A stretch of 64,000 bases of DNA from the human T2T-CHM13v2.0 reference genome, Homo sapiens. The DNA lies in assembly GCF_009914755.1 (NCBI RefSeq), contig NC_060928.1; one strand, written 5' to 3'. This document shows positions 34,578-49,099 of this stretch, piece after piece (the stretch's first letter is position 1; every line of letters starts with the position of its first letter). Made by a program: the position numbers and the translations under genes. Below the pieces are notes generated by a model, which saw only the letters and a program-made list of their open reading frames with translations, had not been told where the DNA came from and did no database searches.

Positions 34578-35849
34578 AAGAAAAAAGCAGAAAGGACAAA
34601 AAAGTCTCTGAAAGTGAATTAAATGATAGTATTAGAGCAAGTTTACTTGAAAGCATATTTTATGGGCAAAGAGGGAGCCTCTTCTGGGGTGAGATGCCAG
34701 GGAAATGGTAGTGGGAGTAAATTGGGTAAAACATTAAATTTCCCACACTTGTTTTAAAAACAAGTGACAAATTTGGGCTTGAGATCTCCTTGATAGATAC
34801 CTTTCTAGGATAGTCTACATGAAGTTCTATTTAGCAAAGGCAGATGATTTTAGAAAATCCATATTTAGCTTCACTATTGAGAAAAACATTTAAATTTTAG
34901 CATTTACCTACTACAGATTTCTGACTGTGCCTCAATATATCTGAAGCTTTATTGGCTGACTTTCAGGACAAGATCACTGTTCTAAAATTGCCAGAAATTG
35001 GCCTTGTGTAACTTTAAAGAGAGAGCAGTAGATATTATGGTTGATATGTTCTTTTTGTTGTTGTTTTGATGAGCCCCTTTGGCCGTTTTGATTGATATTG
35101 CTTGTGTTTTGGGAGGCCAGGACTTTGGGAACAGCATCCAAACACAAATCCTTCAGGCTGTCAGGTTAGGTATTCTATTTAATGATTTGACTGCATCACT
35201 GAAGAAGTCATCACCTTTGTGAAAAAAAGGATTTAAATGTCAAGAATTTTCCAAGGTTTCTCTCGCAAGAAGCTTCCTGAAGCTTGTGGGTATGGGGAGC
35301 TTGAGGGAGTAGGAACTGAGATTTTTCTTAGAAGTCAAGCGAAGGGCTCAAAGAGGAAGGTGGCCACAGAGGATTCAATGCTTGAGTTCTCCTCAACATT
35401 GCAACAGAGATACCTAATATTAATTTACTAACTCTTGTAATCAGAACCACAATAACTGGTTTTGGAATGGGCACAAGACTTGACTGATTTAATGAAAATC
35501 AGTCAGAACTCCCAATAAAAATATGGGAAAAGAAACTCATTTTTCACTCAATTGCTAATCCAGAAAAATAGATATTCCTGAAGCTACTGGTGACCATTTT
35601 TGCCAGATTTGGGGAAAACTTCCTTTAGAGGAAATCAGATGTTAGAAATAAAGTCCTGACGGAGAGAAAAGTAATTCTTCTCCTGCTACCCTCTCTTTCC
35701 AGTTTAGTAGTAATTCTAGCATTCTGATTGCTGGAGATAGAAAAATTTAAGTTACATTTCAGTTCCCTTTTCTCTCACATGCTGCATTTGTTTTCTTGGC
35801 TCTACTTTTATAATATAGAGAATTTAATCACATTAAAAAAACTATTGTG

Positions 35850-36340
35850 CATCATTGGCCTCCCTACATACCTTTTGCATTGTGACTTTGCTACATTTTC
35901 CATAAAGTGAGAGAACTATTCTTTACCCCTTGACTCTTGACTAGCTTTCGTGACTTGCTTTGGCCAACAAAATGTGGAAGAGGTGATTGTGACAGTTCTG
36001 TGGCCGAGCCACAAAGGCTGTGAGTGCTCCTGCTTTGTCTCTTGAAATCCTGCTACCACCATGTGAACAACCTTGGACCAGCCTGCAAGAATTAGGGCAC
36101 ATAAAGAGGAGATCCCAGTCATCCCAGCCCAGATCATACAAGTCTATCTGTGTCTAACCTACAGTTAATCAATCTTCCAAAATGGAGGAGGGCTAAGATC
36201 AACTGAGCTACCTTGAAGTCAATTACAGATGTATGAGTGGGCTCAACTGAGAACAGAGAAAGAAAATATCCTGATGACTAAAGATACATGAGTGAAAATT
36301 AATGTTTATAGTTTTAAGTCGCTGAGTTTTAGGGTGATAC
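35850..36340 (+). mobile_element. MLT1-type MaLR LTR
   Basis: 'gtgacttgctttggccaacaaaatgtggaagaggtgattgtgacagttctg', 3' 'aatgtttatagttttaagtcgctgagttttagggtg'. Confidence 0.65.
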
Positions 36341-36344
36341 ACCC

Positions 36345-37005
36345 ATCAATTGGTCTTTCTATTTCTAATTTTTCTCTTCCTATTATGGTCATCAGAATAA
36401 TCTTATCAAATCATAAGTTAGCTTATGGTACTCATCTCCTTAAAACACAGCAATGGTTCTAATTTCATTCAAAGTGAGAGCCAAGCTCCTTAAAAAGGCT
36501 CACAGGGCTATGTATGGTCTGGCCACTGGATACCTCTCTACATCCATCTCTTTCTGGCTCCTTTACTCACTTTTCTTCAATTACCCTGCATCCTTGCAAA
36601 TCTCACACTCCCTAGACTTACGCTATCTTAAGGCATTTGCACTTGCTGTTTCCTCTGCCTAGGATGCACTTTCTCCAATCATCCATGTGGCTCACTCCTT
36701 TAGCTCCTTTCTATCTTGACTCAATATCACTTTTTCAGTGATATTTTTCCCTGACTACTTAAAATAGCAGCACCAATTTATCACAGCTCTCCCTATGTGC
36801 TTTCCCTGCCTTATTTTTCTATCACTTATCAGCATCCAACATACAATATGTTTTAGTATACTTTAAAAATATTTGTGATGTATTTTTTTATTGTAAACTA
36901 CATGATGTCAGAGATCGTTCTAAATTTAGTTCACTTTTCTATCTCCAATCTTTAGAATAGTGCTTGGCTCATAGTAGGTCCTCAATAAATATTGTTAAAT
37001 GAAGG
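36345..37005 (+). mobile_element. L2 LINE 3' fragment
   Basis: 'ggcatttgcacttgctgtttcctctgcctaggatgc', 3' end 'agaatagtgcttggctcatagtaggtcctcaataaatattgttaaatgaa'. Confidence 0.7.
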
Positions 37006-39101
37006 AACCTTTACATGATTATGCCTAGAGTTTTCAGTTAGGTGAGCCAACAAATACCTTTAAAAATTCCTTTGATTTAATTTGGATTTCTGCTACTAGC
37101 CTCTGACAGATCTGTGACCAAGTCAGAAGTTGTCATCAAGTAAATGGAATCTAAAGCCAAAGAATAGGAGAAGATATTCCTGGGAGAGTCCGCAGAATGG
37201 GAAGAAAAGAGGATCTAGGTCCCTGAAAGAATCAAATTTTCCAGGCAGAAAGCTAACAGAGTAGGAACCCAGATAGGAAATTGCTATTGTGAAGGTCAAG
37301 AGAAGAGAAAATTCGAAGACAGAGGGCATTGTAAAGTGTCAGATTTTGCCAAGAGCCCAAATAAGGTACAAGTTGGGGGGTGCTGACTAAAGTTTCATCT
37401 TGCATCCTCTTGCTTAGCATGTGACTTTTTCTTTTGTGGAAATTGTATAGCAGCTCCTTGTCCTCTCTTTTATAGAATTAATTTTGTAATATTTGTTTCT
37501 GATTGCCTGTATCCTTCTCACACTGGGATTGAACCTCACCAGGAAACTCCTGGGCTTTGCACCATTCTCTTTCAAAGAATCCATTTGGGTTGGAACACCA
37601 GTAGAATGGTACATTATAGAAACTAGAATCACTTCACCATAACCTTGCTTGCATTTTTTTCATATGTTTTTGGATCTTGATCCATCAACAAAAATCATTC
37701 ACCACAGCCAATTACAATGACTTTGGGGAAGCGTTTCTTTCTTTAGTAATTTTGGAAACCATAGGGACCATTTAAGGATTCTGTAGATGAATATTGTGAA
37801 TTAAAAGAAAGAAGAAAACCAGTGAGGGGAGAAATCATATTATAATGAAAAGTGTTAGCTTTTTAAAGATGAGCAGCTGGGATTTCTGTATCAGGCAATC
37901 AGAGCTAAACCCCTGTGTATTAATGCACTAATGCATTCTAAAGATTTCCATAAAGTGTTTTAGAGTTAGGTTATGCATGCTCTCTCACTCTGTCTGGGAG
38001 CCTTCATGTGCATAATTTCTAATAAAGATGACCATGGCTCACTCTTCCCCATACCCAAGGGAACAGTTCTGCTGAATAAAATTTCTCAGCTTATTCATCA
38101 CTTCTCCTTGAGGATTCTGATCTGAAGGCGGCACATGAACTCATTCTATCTTTCCAAATGATAAATTTTATATTCTGTTATGTTCCCCAAAGATAGCATT
38201 AGCCCTTGAGAAGGACTCCTTCAAAACCCAAGTCCACTGAAACCACAGGTCAGAGTGAGAATAGGGTCCTGGACACCACTTCTCCAGGGCGACCACCAAA
38301 GTCCCTTCCACTCATTCAGAGATGAAGCCTGTCAGTAGGAAGAAAAAAATGTGTCCCTATAGCCCATTTCCACCCTGAGTCTTTTTTGACAGAACGAAGA
38401 CTGCAATTTGGACCAAAGTGGAGGTCCTTTAGTTATGTGCTGGGAACTCAAATTCTCTGGGAATAATGCCAAGACCACCAGACATATTGAACTCACAACT
38501 TTTTACCATCACATCATCAGAATGAGTTTCAGTCCCTCTGGTCAATATTGGATTCTGACCAATGTGAGTCAGGTGAAAGGTTACTAACTTAAAAATTACT
38601 TTGATTTTTTTTCTCTCCATCTGAACTCTTCCCATTGTCCTGCTAATTAACTCATGTTTATCACTTCTTAATACAAGTTTATATGTCACTCTACATATAA
38701 ACAACCAGTAGTCCAAGCTACTCGTTGGCAAATGTCTGACTTTCACCCCACTTGGCCAAATACAGCTATTGTATTTAATTTGAAGATTTTATAACCTTAT
38801 TTAAGAAGGTCTAGTTTATAGGGAACTTACAAATAAGAATTAAAAATTGCTTTAAAATCTGACTGTCATGTTGAATGTATACAAGGAAAAATTTCCTTCT
38901 CCTCCTTTAGGTCTTGCCTTTCTGAAAAATGAGACTTAAGTAGACATAGAGGTTTCATTGCTTTGGCCAATTAGAGTAATGCAAAGGGAATAATTACACA
39001 GTATGGTTAAAGAAAATCAAGTCTGATGACACATTTGATTCAGTAGTGACAACCCATGACTGCATGAGTAATGATAGATCTCAAAATATTTTGCAGGAGA
39101 T

Positions 39102-39404
39102 TTTTATTTTTATTTTTATTTTTGAGATGCAGTCTCGCTCTTGTCACCCAGGCTGGAGTGCAATGGCACGATCTCAGCTCACTGCAACTTCTGCCCCCGG
39201 TTCAAGTGAGTCTCCTACCTCAGCCTCCCAAATAGCTGGGATTATAGGCGCCCGCCACTATGCTCGGCTAATTTTTGTATTTTTAGTAGAGACAGAGTTT
39301 CACCATATTGGCCAGGCTGGTTTCAAACTCCTGACCTCAGGCGATCCACCCAACGGGGCCTCCCAAAGTGCCAGGATTACAGGCGTGAACCACCTCGCCT
39401 GGCC
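39102..39404 (-). mobile_element. AluS (Sq/Sx-like) element
   Basis: (ttttta)n tail, 'gagatgcagtctcgctcttgtcacccaggctggagtgcaatggc...cctggcc'. TSD aggagat(t/g)tt at 39095 and 39405. Confidence 0.95.
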
Positions 39405-42006
39405 AGGAGATGTTATCGAATTATTCTTCAGGATCCCATGAGCTGCCCACCCCTAATAATGGTGCATTTTTTTCCCCATAGAAAAAACATAGGGAATGGT
39501 CATCCTTCACAGGCATGGGGGTTTTGACAGCAATTTTCATTATTATAGTCAAAAAATATTTGACAACATGTTTTGAGCTGGAAATACAGATGGAAAGCAA
39601 ACTACGTTTTTCTTTTAACAAAATGTTTTCCCCCAGTGCTGGTGAACTTAACCCTGCTGGTAAAGGATTGAAGGGCACAGCTGGACTGTACTGAAACTTT
39701 CAGATTCTGAGGCCTGAATAAGTTCAACATATTTAAGTTTTAATAATACCAAACAAAGTAGCTGCCCAAAATACTTAATGCGACTCATAGCAACAAAAAC
39801 GTATTAATCCCTCAAATTAAAAGGCGAGCATATTTTTGCCTGCTGTTCATAGAGAAACACAATGGGTTTTTTGTTGGTTTGTTTGCTTGTTTTGATTTAT
39901 TTTCATAGGTCAAGGTGTGTGTTTGGGGTTTTTCCAGGCAAAGCAGCCCTTCTCCTCCAGTCTTTGATACTCCTTTTGAAATAAGAAAAATTGCCTCCAT
40001 ATTGCTATCAAACGTGGATCTGAATTGTCTTTGCACAGATAGAAATAATTATTCAGCAAAGGCCACACCCACATAAGAACCACTGTGAAGGTATCTAAAA
40101 GGGTGCTCATTTCAGAGCTTAAGAAGCCCTGACCTGCGCCCCATTTGCCAAATCCCTGAAGAAACAGGCCAAGTGTTTTCTAGTTGAAGAACCTCAGAAA
40201 TTACTGGGGCTTCTGGCTTCTATTCCCAGCTACACCATCAGATCGTGGAGTGACCTGTAGGTCAGCTTCTCTGTGGCATTCGTGGAGATGGTTAACCACA
40301 TACAGAGGAGAGGTGGGATGCATGTTTAATGTTTGCTTCGAGCATCTTGCTTGAAAGGTGTTGTATGCTCTTTGAGACAGGAAGTTTAGCACATGATGTC
40401 ATTGCTTCCAACATATGCTCAAATATCAAAAAAAAAAAAAAGGGGGGGGAAGTAGCTAAAGCAATACTATTTTGTTGGAGGGTGTTGTCAGGAATTGAAG
40501 GAAGGGTGAATGGATAAATAGGTGGCAGGTTGTTTTTCTACGATAAAGCAAAATTTTTGCATCATGTCAATCTGACAAGTGGAATTTAAAAAATATTTCC
40601 AGCAAGGTGTGATGTACACTGGAAATATTTGATGAAAGAACATGGGGAAGTGGTTGGGGACCTGGAAATATGGACTTGATTTGAGCCCTTGGATGGAAAT
40701 CCCCTTTTCTGGGTTGTTTCCATGACTTATAATATTACACTGATGACATTTGCATTCTCCAGCCCAGGATTAGCTAGAAGAGAAGGAAGGGCTCAGTTCA
40801 ATTGCTTTTAGTGAACACATAAACCACAACATCTATGAAAGATAATTCTAATTAAAGGATAGTAAACTCTAAGTCCATTTAACTCTCACATAGGTAACAG
40901 GATTATACACAATTCTGTTGTTGTGTATAACAAAATTATACGTAATATAAAGAGGAAATTTTTTTCATGGTCATTTGCATTGTGGTTTTTAGTTGAAAAA
41001 AGTCATAATTTGCAGATGGTGATGTCAGATCCATTCCCACAACAGAGATTAGACAATACCACAAACACAGATTTATGGTTTCATGGGAGAAATCTCCTCT
41101 TTGCAAACAGTATCTTTAACAATGGACTACTGGCACAGAGGGAAATCTACCATATGCACATAAAAGATATGGTATTTTATTGTCAATTATGAACAGTGCA
41201 TAGAAACAGATACTAGCTGCTTCTGTTGTGCTGACTCCCATTCAAGATCACCAACTCAAGGAAAAATTCAACATCAGTTAAATTTTATTTTTATTTTTAT
41301 TTTATTTATATATTAACAATATATAGCCATTATATATTGAAGTCACATAAGGTAAATGGCATCATGGCTCATTCATGTAAAAAAATTATCAAAATGCTCA
41401 CCACCATTAACAACAAAATTATGAGAAAATATGTGGTATTTCTACCAATGTAACTTCTATATCAAGAATTTTAAAAAACTTATTGTATAGCCCATATTTA
41501 GTAGTTGAGGAAACTGGAGAAAAACATTGTTACTTTATTTTCTTTCTCTGTAGAAAGACATGATTTGACTAAAGCACCAAAATTTCTTCTAGCTTTAAAT
41601 TTATCATATTATATAAGTTTTTCACTTGCTAAAAGTTACAAATTTTCTAATAGTATCTTGACACTGCACTTAGTAATTTCAGAATAAATTACTTTAAGAA
41701 ATTGTTTCCATCTCAGCATTTTGTGATGTAGTGCTTTTCTTTCTCTTCAAATACTAAATACTGTCTTATCCCAAAAAGGATTTAAGGAGATTTATAAATA
41801 TGCACACAATATAGCAAGTTAAATAAATATCTAACAAAAGTAAGGCAAAGGGAAAATAATGAAATCAGAGAGTAATGTGGTTGATTAACACTTTCATAAC
41901 ATTAGCTCCGTTTTTTAGAGATAGTCTCACATTTAGATTTTATCATTCCAAAAACAAACGAGAAATGGGAAAATAGTATCAATGAAAAGACTAGTTTCTC
42001 TAAAAC

Positions 42007-42345
42007 AGTGGTTTCTCAAAATGTGGTCTGAGAATGCCTGGTGATCTCTTACACTCTTTGGAGGGCTATAAAGTGGAAACTATTTTTAATAGGACAAAAC
42101 CATCATTGCCGTTTCTTTCTCATTCTCGCAGGACGGCAACATAGAGTCTTCCAGGGGCTACATGGTATGTGATGCTGCTGTCACTTTGAGGACTAATGGA
42201 ATGTGGGCTTATGTATGCTGATATTTTAAAATTTTCTGTTCCAATCCCTAATACAAATATTAATCGATCCAGCTCACAAATATCAAAGCACTTTAGGGGT
42301 CCTGAATCATTTTTGAGAGTATAAAATGATCCTCAGAAGTGCTTT
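42007..42345. mobile_element. hAT-Charlie DNA transposon fragment
   Basis: TIR-like 'cagtggtttctcaaaatgtggtc' and Charlie-like interior. Confidence 0.5.
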
Positions 42346-45201
42346 TCTAAAGTACAAACAATTTTGTTTGTTTTCACTTTCCTGACATTAAAAACTGAAA
42401 ATTTTCATGTAAGTTTAATATTAGTTATTCTATTTGATCATGCAAAGTAAATAATTTTTCAGTTACTTATGATGAATTATAATCATAAGTATACTGATGG
42501 ATCTTATTGGTCTCTAACTTTGAGACTATTGACCTTTGAGGAAATGATGGAAGCTATGAAAACTCTCACTTCAATATAACAACAGACAAAAAATCTTACA
42601 AAGAATTTCATAATGTTTTTGAACACCCCGGAGTCTGTTTGTTGACACCATCAAGTTCTAAGAACTCCTACACAAGGACAAAGAAAGGAACACAGATATC
42701 TTAGTTTCTTGTGATTGATTTGTTTAAATTGCTGTAAGACACAGCTTTAATAGTTTAAAACACCAGTTAAATCTGTGCAATAAGATAGAGAGAAGCTTAA
42801 TAAATGGTGCCTCTTTTTTTTCTTCTCTCTCTGTTTATCCACACATCATAAATTAAGGTGAAGTATTTCTAGTTACATGGTAACTCACTCTACACCAGAA
42901 AGGAATTACTTTTTCTAATCATGTTGTTGTGTGGAAGGTTTTGCTGGCTCAGTTTTTCTTTCTTAGATCCTGAAAATGACAATCTTAATTGCATAACATA
43001 ACTCATTTTTTGGAGCACTCTAATGGATTTCAAAATGGAAATACAAAAGTCTCACAGATTTTAAAAACTTGGCCTCTTTCAGCTAGGTGAGCTAGTGTAG
43101 GACTGCAGAGATGCTGATAAGGACCTTTGAGTTCCAACTATAGCTTCTGAATTCACTGAGATATATTTATTGAGTGCCTCCCATAGAATAGACCTGAGCA
43201 CTGTAGATGATATTTGAGTAAAGTACATTTGGCTGAAACTGAAGATAGACATTATTTATATGGGAGATTGTGTAACATGATCAAGTAGAATGGTGAAAAA
43301 GAAGGTCTCTAAGTTCAGAAGCCTGGGTAGGTGCTAGCATTTACTGGCTGTATGGCTTGAGCGAGTATTTTAATCTGGTTTATTGAACTGGCATAACGAT
43401 AGTACCTGATGCATAGAGTTATTGTGAGAGTTGAATTAAGTAATGTATATAAAGTACAGAAAAAAGTATGTATCATATAACAAGTGCTCAGTAAAGGTTA
43501 TTACAGCACAGTGCTGCAGAGTGTGATGCAGTGAAAAAATGCAGTATGAATTTGGAGAAGAAAAGGATCACCAGGGGTCAGAAGGATCTATAGGAGAGTT
43601 CGTGGAGAAGGTAAGGCTTCAGCTGTGGGGCTACTAAGTAGTGTGGGGAGTTACAAAGTTCTGGGTGCACCATAAATTTAAAACCTAATGGAGGAGAGAG
43701 GATCAGCCCCAATACGTATAAGCACAAGTGTCAGAAACATGGAAAGAATGCTCAGGTCTCTGGAGATATATATAGAAGTGCTAAAACACAGGCAAGTGAA
43801 AAGGATAAAGAGTGGGTGTGAGTTATTAAAATGATTGGAGTGGAGCAAAGTATATTGCACTACTTATGGGACCAGATTGTTCCATTCATCCCTCCCAAAT
43901 TAAATTTCACTTTTCTCATAGGGATCTTTTGTGGGTAATGGTTCCAAAGGGAGGATTTGTCTTTTATTTTATTTATTTCTGAGGAAAACACACCTTACGC
44001 ACATAGAAAATACACATTCCCCCTTCAAAAAATGAAGCACCAAAATTCAAAGTTTATGTGCTTTTAAGACATTTATGTTTTTGTCTTTTCATTGAAAGAA
44101 CTCAAAAAATAAAAGATTATGGAAGAAATTTTGAAAAAAGGATTACAAGTACACATGTTAATGGAAATGGCTATTTCTAGAAAATTTCGAGGATATTTTA
44201 ATGTAATGGCTTTGCAATTCTTTGCTGATTTTTTTAGGGTTCATGATGAGATGATATATCCTGGCTTTGTTAGTGCACCTTTCCTGATTAAGAGCCCCCA
44301 TTACTCTAATTAAAATAACACCATCTGGTTTTAATACTGCATAATAACTCTTTTACCCATTAATCCCAGGGCTGAAGCAACATTCACAACCTGGACCTTA
44401 TAGAGGTCATGCAGTATTTGTTCACTTGTTGCCACAATTTATGGACTCACTGGTGGATGAGGCTAAGAGGTGGTGGGGCTGGAATTAAAGTAAATAAATA
44501 AATAAAAGGTAGAGAAGCCAGAAGAAAAAAAAAGAACACCACTGGAGTTGTATGCATACATGCTAGATTCTCTTCTCTAAACGGAGCCCTTCAGATTCTA
44601 GAGGGAAGAGTTTTTGAAAAGGTAGCACTTGACAGACCTCAAGAAAGTAAGTAAGGAAGCCCAGCGAAGTTCAAGTGAAGGTGTATTTGTGGAAGCTATA
44701 CTAGGCAAAAGGACTCAAGGACGGATGAGTTCAATGGGAACAAGCTTGATCTGTTCATGGGACAGAAAGAAAATCAGTTTGGCTGGAATGCCACAAGAGA
44801 AAGGGAGAGAGATAGGAGATGAGGCCTAGAAGATAGGCCGTATCACAAGGGATTTAGAGGCTATTATGAGGGAATGGGAGACTTCAGAGTATTTGTAGCC
44901 AAGGAATGGTGTGAGAATTATTTTTTCCTTAATGTTTAGTAAGGGAGGGGGAAGCCCACACTGATTTTTTTTAAAAGCCAACTGATATTCAGAAAAATCA
45001 GGAAGTGGTGTGAACTGAAAAGACCCAGAAAACTCCAGCTGTCTCTTAGCACTAATTAATGACTGATAGGCAGAGGTTCAGGCCCAGAATTTCCCTATAG
45101 GGAGAATGTTTCTTTTTCAGGAGGATCTAGAAATCCATATTTGTATGTGATAAACTTTCCTTTTTCAAAATATTGGTAAATAATACAAATTTTTCTAGAA
45201 T

Positions 45202-45491
45202 CAGTCAACCGTTGACCCTTGAATAACACGGGTTTGAGCTGCACTGGTCCATGTATATGCAGATTTTTTTCCAATAAATACAGTTCACTTTCCTTATCAG
45301 TGAGTTCCACATCCAGAACCAAATGTGGATGGAAAATGCAGTTTTCACAGGATGCGAAACCCAACCATACTGAGGGCTGACTCTTATTGGCTGATTTCCC
45401 AGGGCCATTGCGGGGCTCAAGTGTTTTGAGATTTTGGTATCCGCTAGCAGTCCTGGAACAATTCCCACACAGATACCAAAGGACAACTGTA
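45202..45491 (+). mobile_element. TcMar-Tigger (Tigger2-like) non-autonomous element
   Basis: 'gttgacccttgaataacacgggtttgagctgcactggtcca...ttttttccaataaata' and terminal 'gataccaaaggacaactg' followed by TA. Confidence 0.75.
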
Positions 45492-45627
45492 CAAGCCAGC
45501 TGTCTGTGTACAAAACTAAACATGTTTGGCAGCCAGATTAAGGCCTGGTCTTGATAATTTACCATCATTATGACATTACATCTTGACTCTTGTAGATTGT
45601 GAAAGAGGACAATGAGAAAGGAATGGA

Positions 45628-45755
45628 ATCCTGAGGTTGGAGAGTTGCTTAAGCCCAGGAAGTCAAGGCTGCAGTGAGCCATGATAGCACCATTGCACTC
45701 CAGCCCAGGCAAAAGAGTAAGACCCCCCCCACCAAAAAATAAATAAATAAATAAA
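45628..45755 (+). mobile_element. Alu right monomer (FRAM/AluJ fragment)
   Basis: 'ctgaggttggagagttgcttaagcccaggaagtcaaggctgcagtgagccatgatagcaccattgcactccagcccaggc' plus (aaat)n tail. Confidence 0.85.
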
Positions 45756-47040
45756 CCTCAGGGCTTCAAGAAAAACATGTATGAACTGAGAATCAATTTT
45801 ATCTTTAAGGAGTCAAGCATAATGAATGGATGAATGGATGATATCAACAAAGCACTGTTTAGTATAAGAAATCACAGTCCCTCCAGAAGCTGATACATTC
45901 TCTAGGCCACACTATGGAAAGAAACAAGAAATAGTAATATTTTTAAAGAACATATAAGAGAACTTGGCCCACAAATAAAGCACAGGTGTGAAATCAAAGC
46001 ATATTGGTCGTAGTTCAGACAAATCTCCACCTCTACTTCGTCTGGCCTCCAACCCAGTGATCTTGGCAAGTCATTTGGTTCTGTCTGCATTTCAGTTTCC
46101 GTGACAGGATGATTAACGTTTAAAAAGTGTATGCAGTCAAAGAGTGGTGTATATATTTTCATTATGTTTAGTAACTAGGTGTATTATCTACATAGAGATA
46201 GTGCTCTAGTAAGAGACACAACAGAGCATAAGTTCAGTGGAAACTTAAATTGACTTCTAAAATATAACAATATTTTCAAAGAAATGGTGATTTTCTACTC
46301 TGAACCATGTTCTCACAGCAGAATGCAAGGTGGGGATAGGATGGAGAGCCAATTGTTATTTTAGTGTGTTAGTCATACTAAGTCTAATAATTCCAGCCAC
46401 ATACTCCTTAAATTCTGTTTATAAAAATCACATTCCTACTCTTCACTCTGTTTGTGAAATTTTGCACTTTCAAAATTACCTTTCAATTCTCTACATATCA
46501 AATGATATAGATTTTAGTTATATGCCTTATAACCTGAAGAATGTGATAAACCCTTAAGTTGTTCTCGTTAATGTCCAAATACTGACTGGTGGTTGAGTTT
46601 GTCCTCTGAAAAGAAATGAACAGGGAGCAATATTGGGTGGAGGAGAGAGTGACATGTTGATTGTTAGCCCTAATACCAGCACTAACTTCTACGGTTTTGG
46701 AGGAAGTTAGGAAACTGTTTTAGGATGTAATCAAAAAAGCTTACAGTAAAGAGATGATTGCCAAAGATAGCCTTTAACCTCAGCTCTGATACTCATGAAC
46801 TCTTTGACAGCAGGCAAGCCACAGAATCTTCCCAAATCGTAAACAGGCTGATTTCTAATGAAAGCAGTATAAATTCATGATTAAAAGTGAAAGTTCTGGC
46901 TTCAGACAGTCAAGGTCTCAAATCCTGGCTTAACCTCTCTTAACTGTGCAGAGGTTACTGTGACGGATGACATGAGATGATGTAGAGACAGCACTAAGCC
47001 AGCGCCTAGTCTATAGCAAACATTCAATAGAAAGAATTAC

Positions 47041-47090
47041 AGCTTATTGTAAAGAATAAAGTGTAGCTTATTGTAAAGAATAAAGTGTAG
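47041..47090. repeat. Perfect 24-bp tandem duplication
   Basis: agcttattgtaaagaataaagtgt x2, then ag. Confidence 0.9.
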
Positions 47091-49099
47091 TAACACCCTT
47101 GATGGTATTCTGAGACAAAGTAAAAAGTGCTGAATAGATGTAAGATTATTATCACTACTATTATTTTTTAATCCTATGGGGAGATACCTTATGAATTATG
47201 CTTTTTGCCAAGTGATAATGAGATAAGATGACCTAATGAGTAAGAAGAGAATGTTGGACTAACACAATACTGTTTGGATAGTCCTTAAGTCACTGGTTTT
47301 TCTGTAAAGCCCCCATTCCTAACAGCAAATTTTCACCCAATCAATCTTTCTAAATGTTCCCTTTATTTGTCCTATTTCAAGGTTACCAAAACATGTTTTT
47401 CTAAAAGGGAAGTCCACCTAGTTCCTGCTCCCTGAACATTTTCTTGAATCACCTCTTCCTACCCCTTTCTCCCAGATGATCAAACTCTTCTGCCTATCTT
47501 ACTCTTAACACTGAGTAGATCTCTCTTAGGGTTGTCTTTTCTATTAAACAACAGATACCCATTTTCTTCTGTAACCTTAAAACAGTGTTTTGAGCAACTT
47601 TATATTCATTGAAGAAGTGAATCCTAAATGCTTTCAAGTTGCCTTGACCTCTCTTATATTAGGAAAAGTTTTGTACAGCATCCCCACATTTCTCCAGAGC
47701 TAATACTGATTTTTAACAGTCTCAAACTGAAGCCCATAGTGTCTTGGGGTGTTTACTCCCTGTACAGAATGCAAGGTCCCTTGAAACATGTAAAACACAG
47801 TCATGTTGTGTGTTCCCTTCAGGCATTATAAAAGGAAGCATCACTATATTTGAATCTTGAAAAGTTCTAAGACATGGACCTGTGTTAAACAGCTTGAAAG
47901 TTACTCTGAAATTCCCACAGACATTGCTGCATCTAACGGTTATCTAAGTCAGCTTTATGTATGGCATACACTTGGGCACAGAATTGTTGACTATTAGGAA
48001 GAACAAGATCCCATTGGAAGGAAAGATAGGAAGGGAGGAAAATAAATGGAGGCTAAAACGGTCTTAATTTCAATGTCTGCCTGAAAAGCTTAAGTAGGAC
48101 TTAGAATATTTTACAGGTGCTAGCTGATCTGATATTCTCCATCTGTTACTAGGCCCTGGAGACTGACTGGCCATTAAACACAAAATGATGACTGGTGCAG
48201 CAGGTGCAGTGAAGTGGGAAGGTGTGGAGCAAATAAAAAAGTCCATGGCATCCGTAAGAAATGCTGACCCCCAGGAAATTTTAAAAGGTTATGTGCACTG
48301 TGGTATTCATGACGTATGTGTGAGAGGTATGATGGCAAGTGTATTTCTCATGAAAGTACTTCAATTACTTGCATACTGTTATTTCTTTAGAATTCCCAGG
48401 TCCTGAACTATACAATTACTTAATACTCAAAGAGAACTATTACTTACTTTGAGAAATTTCCCTTTAATGCAATTCATTGGCCCAACGTCAATGGGAGAGT
48501 TGCCTGAGCTGCACCCTTTGCTAAAATCATTTTCTAAGCCTACTGCTGTGTGTTAACTATTCTGTTCCCGTAAGTTTTTCTTGACACCTTTTGGTATCTA
48601 TGTCAAATTGAAGCTTCTTATTAGCACGTTTTGGGATTCCCAGCATTCCACTTGATGATGCATCTCTTTTTTTATACTCTCACTGGAAATTCTGCTCAGT
48701 CTTTGTTCTCTGATCCCTGTTTGTTCTCTTTTCTATATTGTCCTGCCACTCCCTCACCCTTTCATTTGTTTGCAACCACTTCCCTTAGCACATCCAATAA
48801 GCTCTATTTTGTGGATGTAATTCTTCTTTCGTAGAATTTTTCTTAAGATCTCAAGATGGCTGATGAGAGATTTACAAAGATCCACTTTCTAAGGAATTTC
48901 TGATATTCTACTGAGAGGCAATTCTTTACATATTAAATACAAGGACAGTGGACAGGAAATTTTTTTTTAACTTTTCTTATCAACAGTTTATTTTTCTGTG
49001 TTCCTCAGGCTAGTCTAGAGAGACTCCCTTCTTTCCTTCACCACCTTCATTCTTTCACTACAGCTGGAAGGAAAGATAAGCAATCCAACAGCAAATCCA

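Noticed and set aside
45095-45712. 205-aa minus-strand ORF
   Set aside because: Spans an antisense Alu monomer and a Tigger element, has a non-ATG start, and resembles no protein family I recognise
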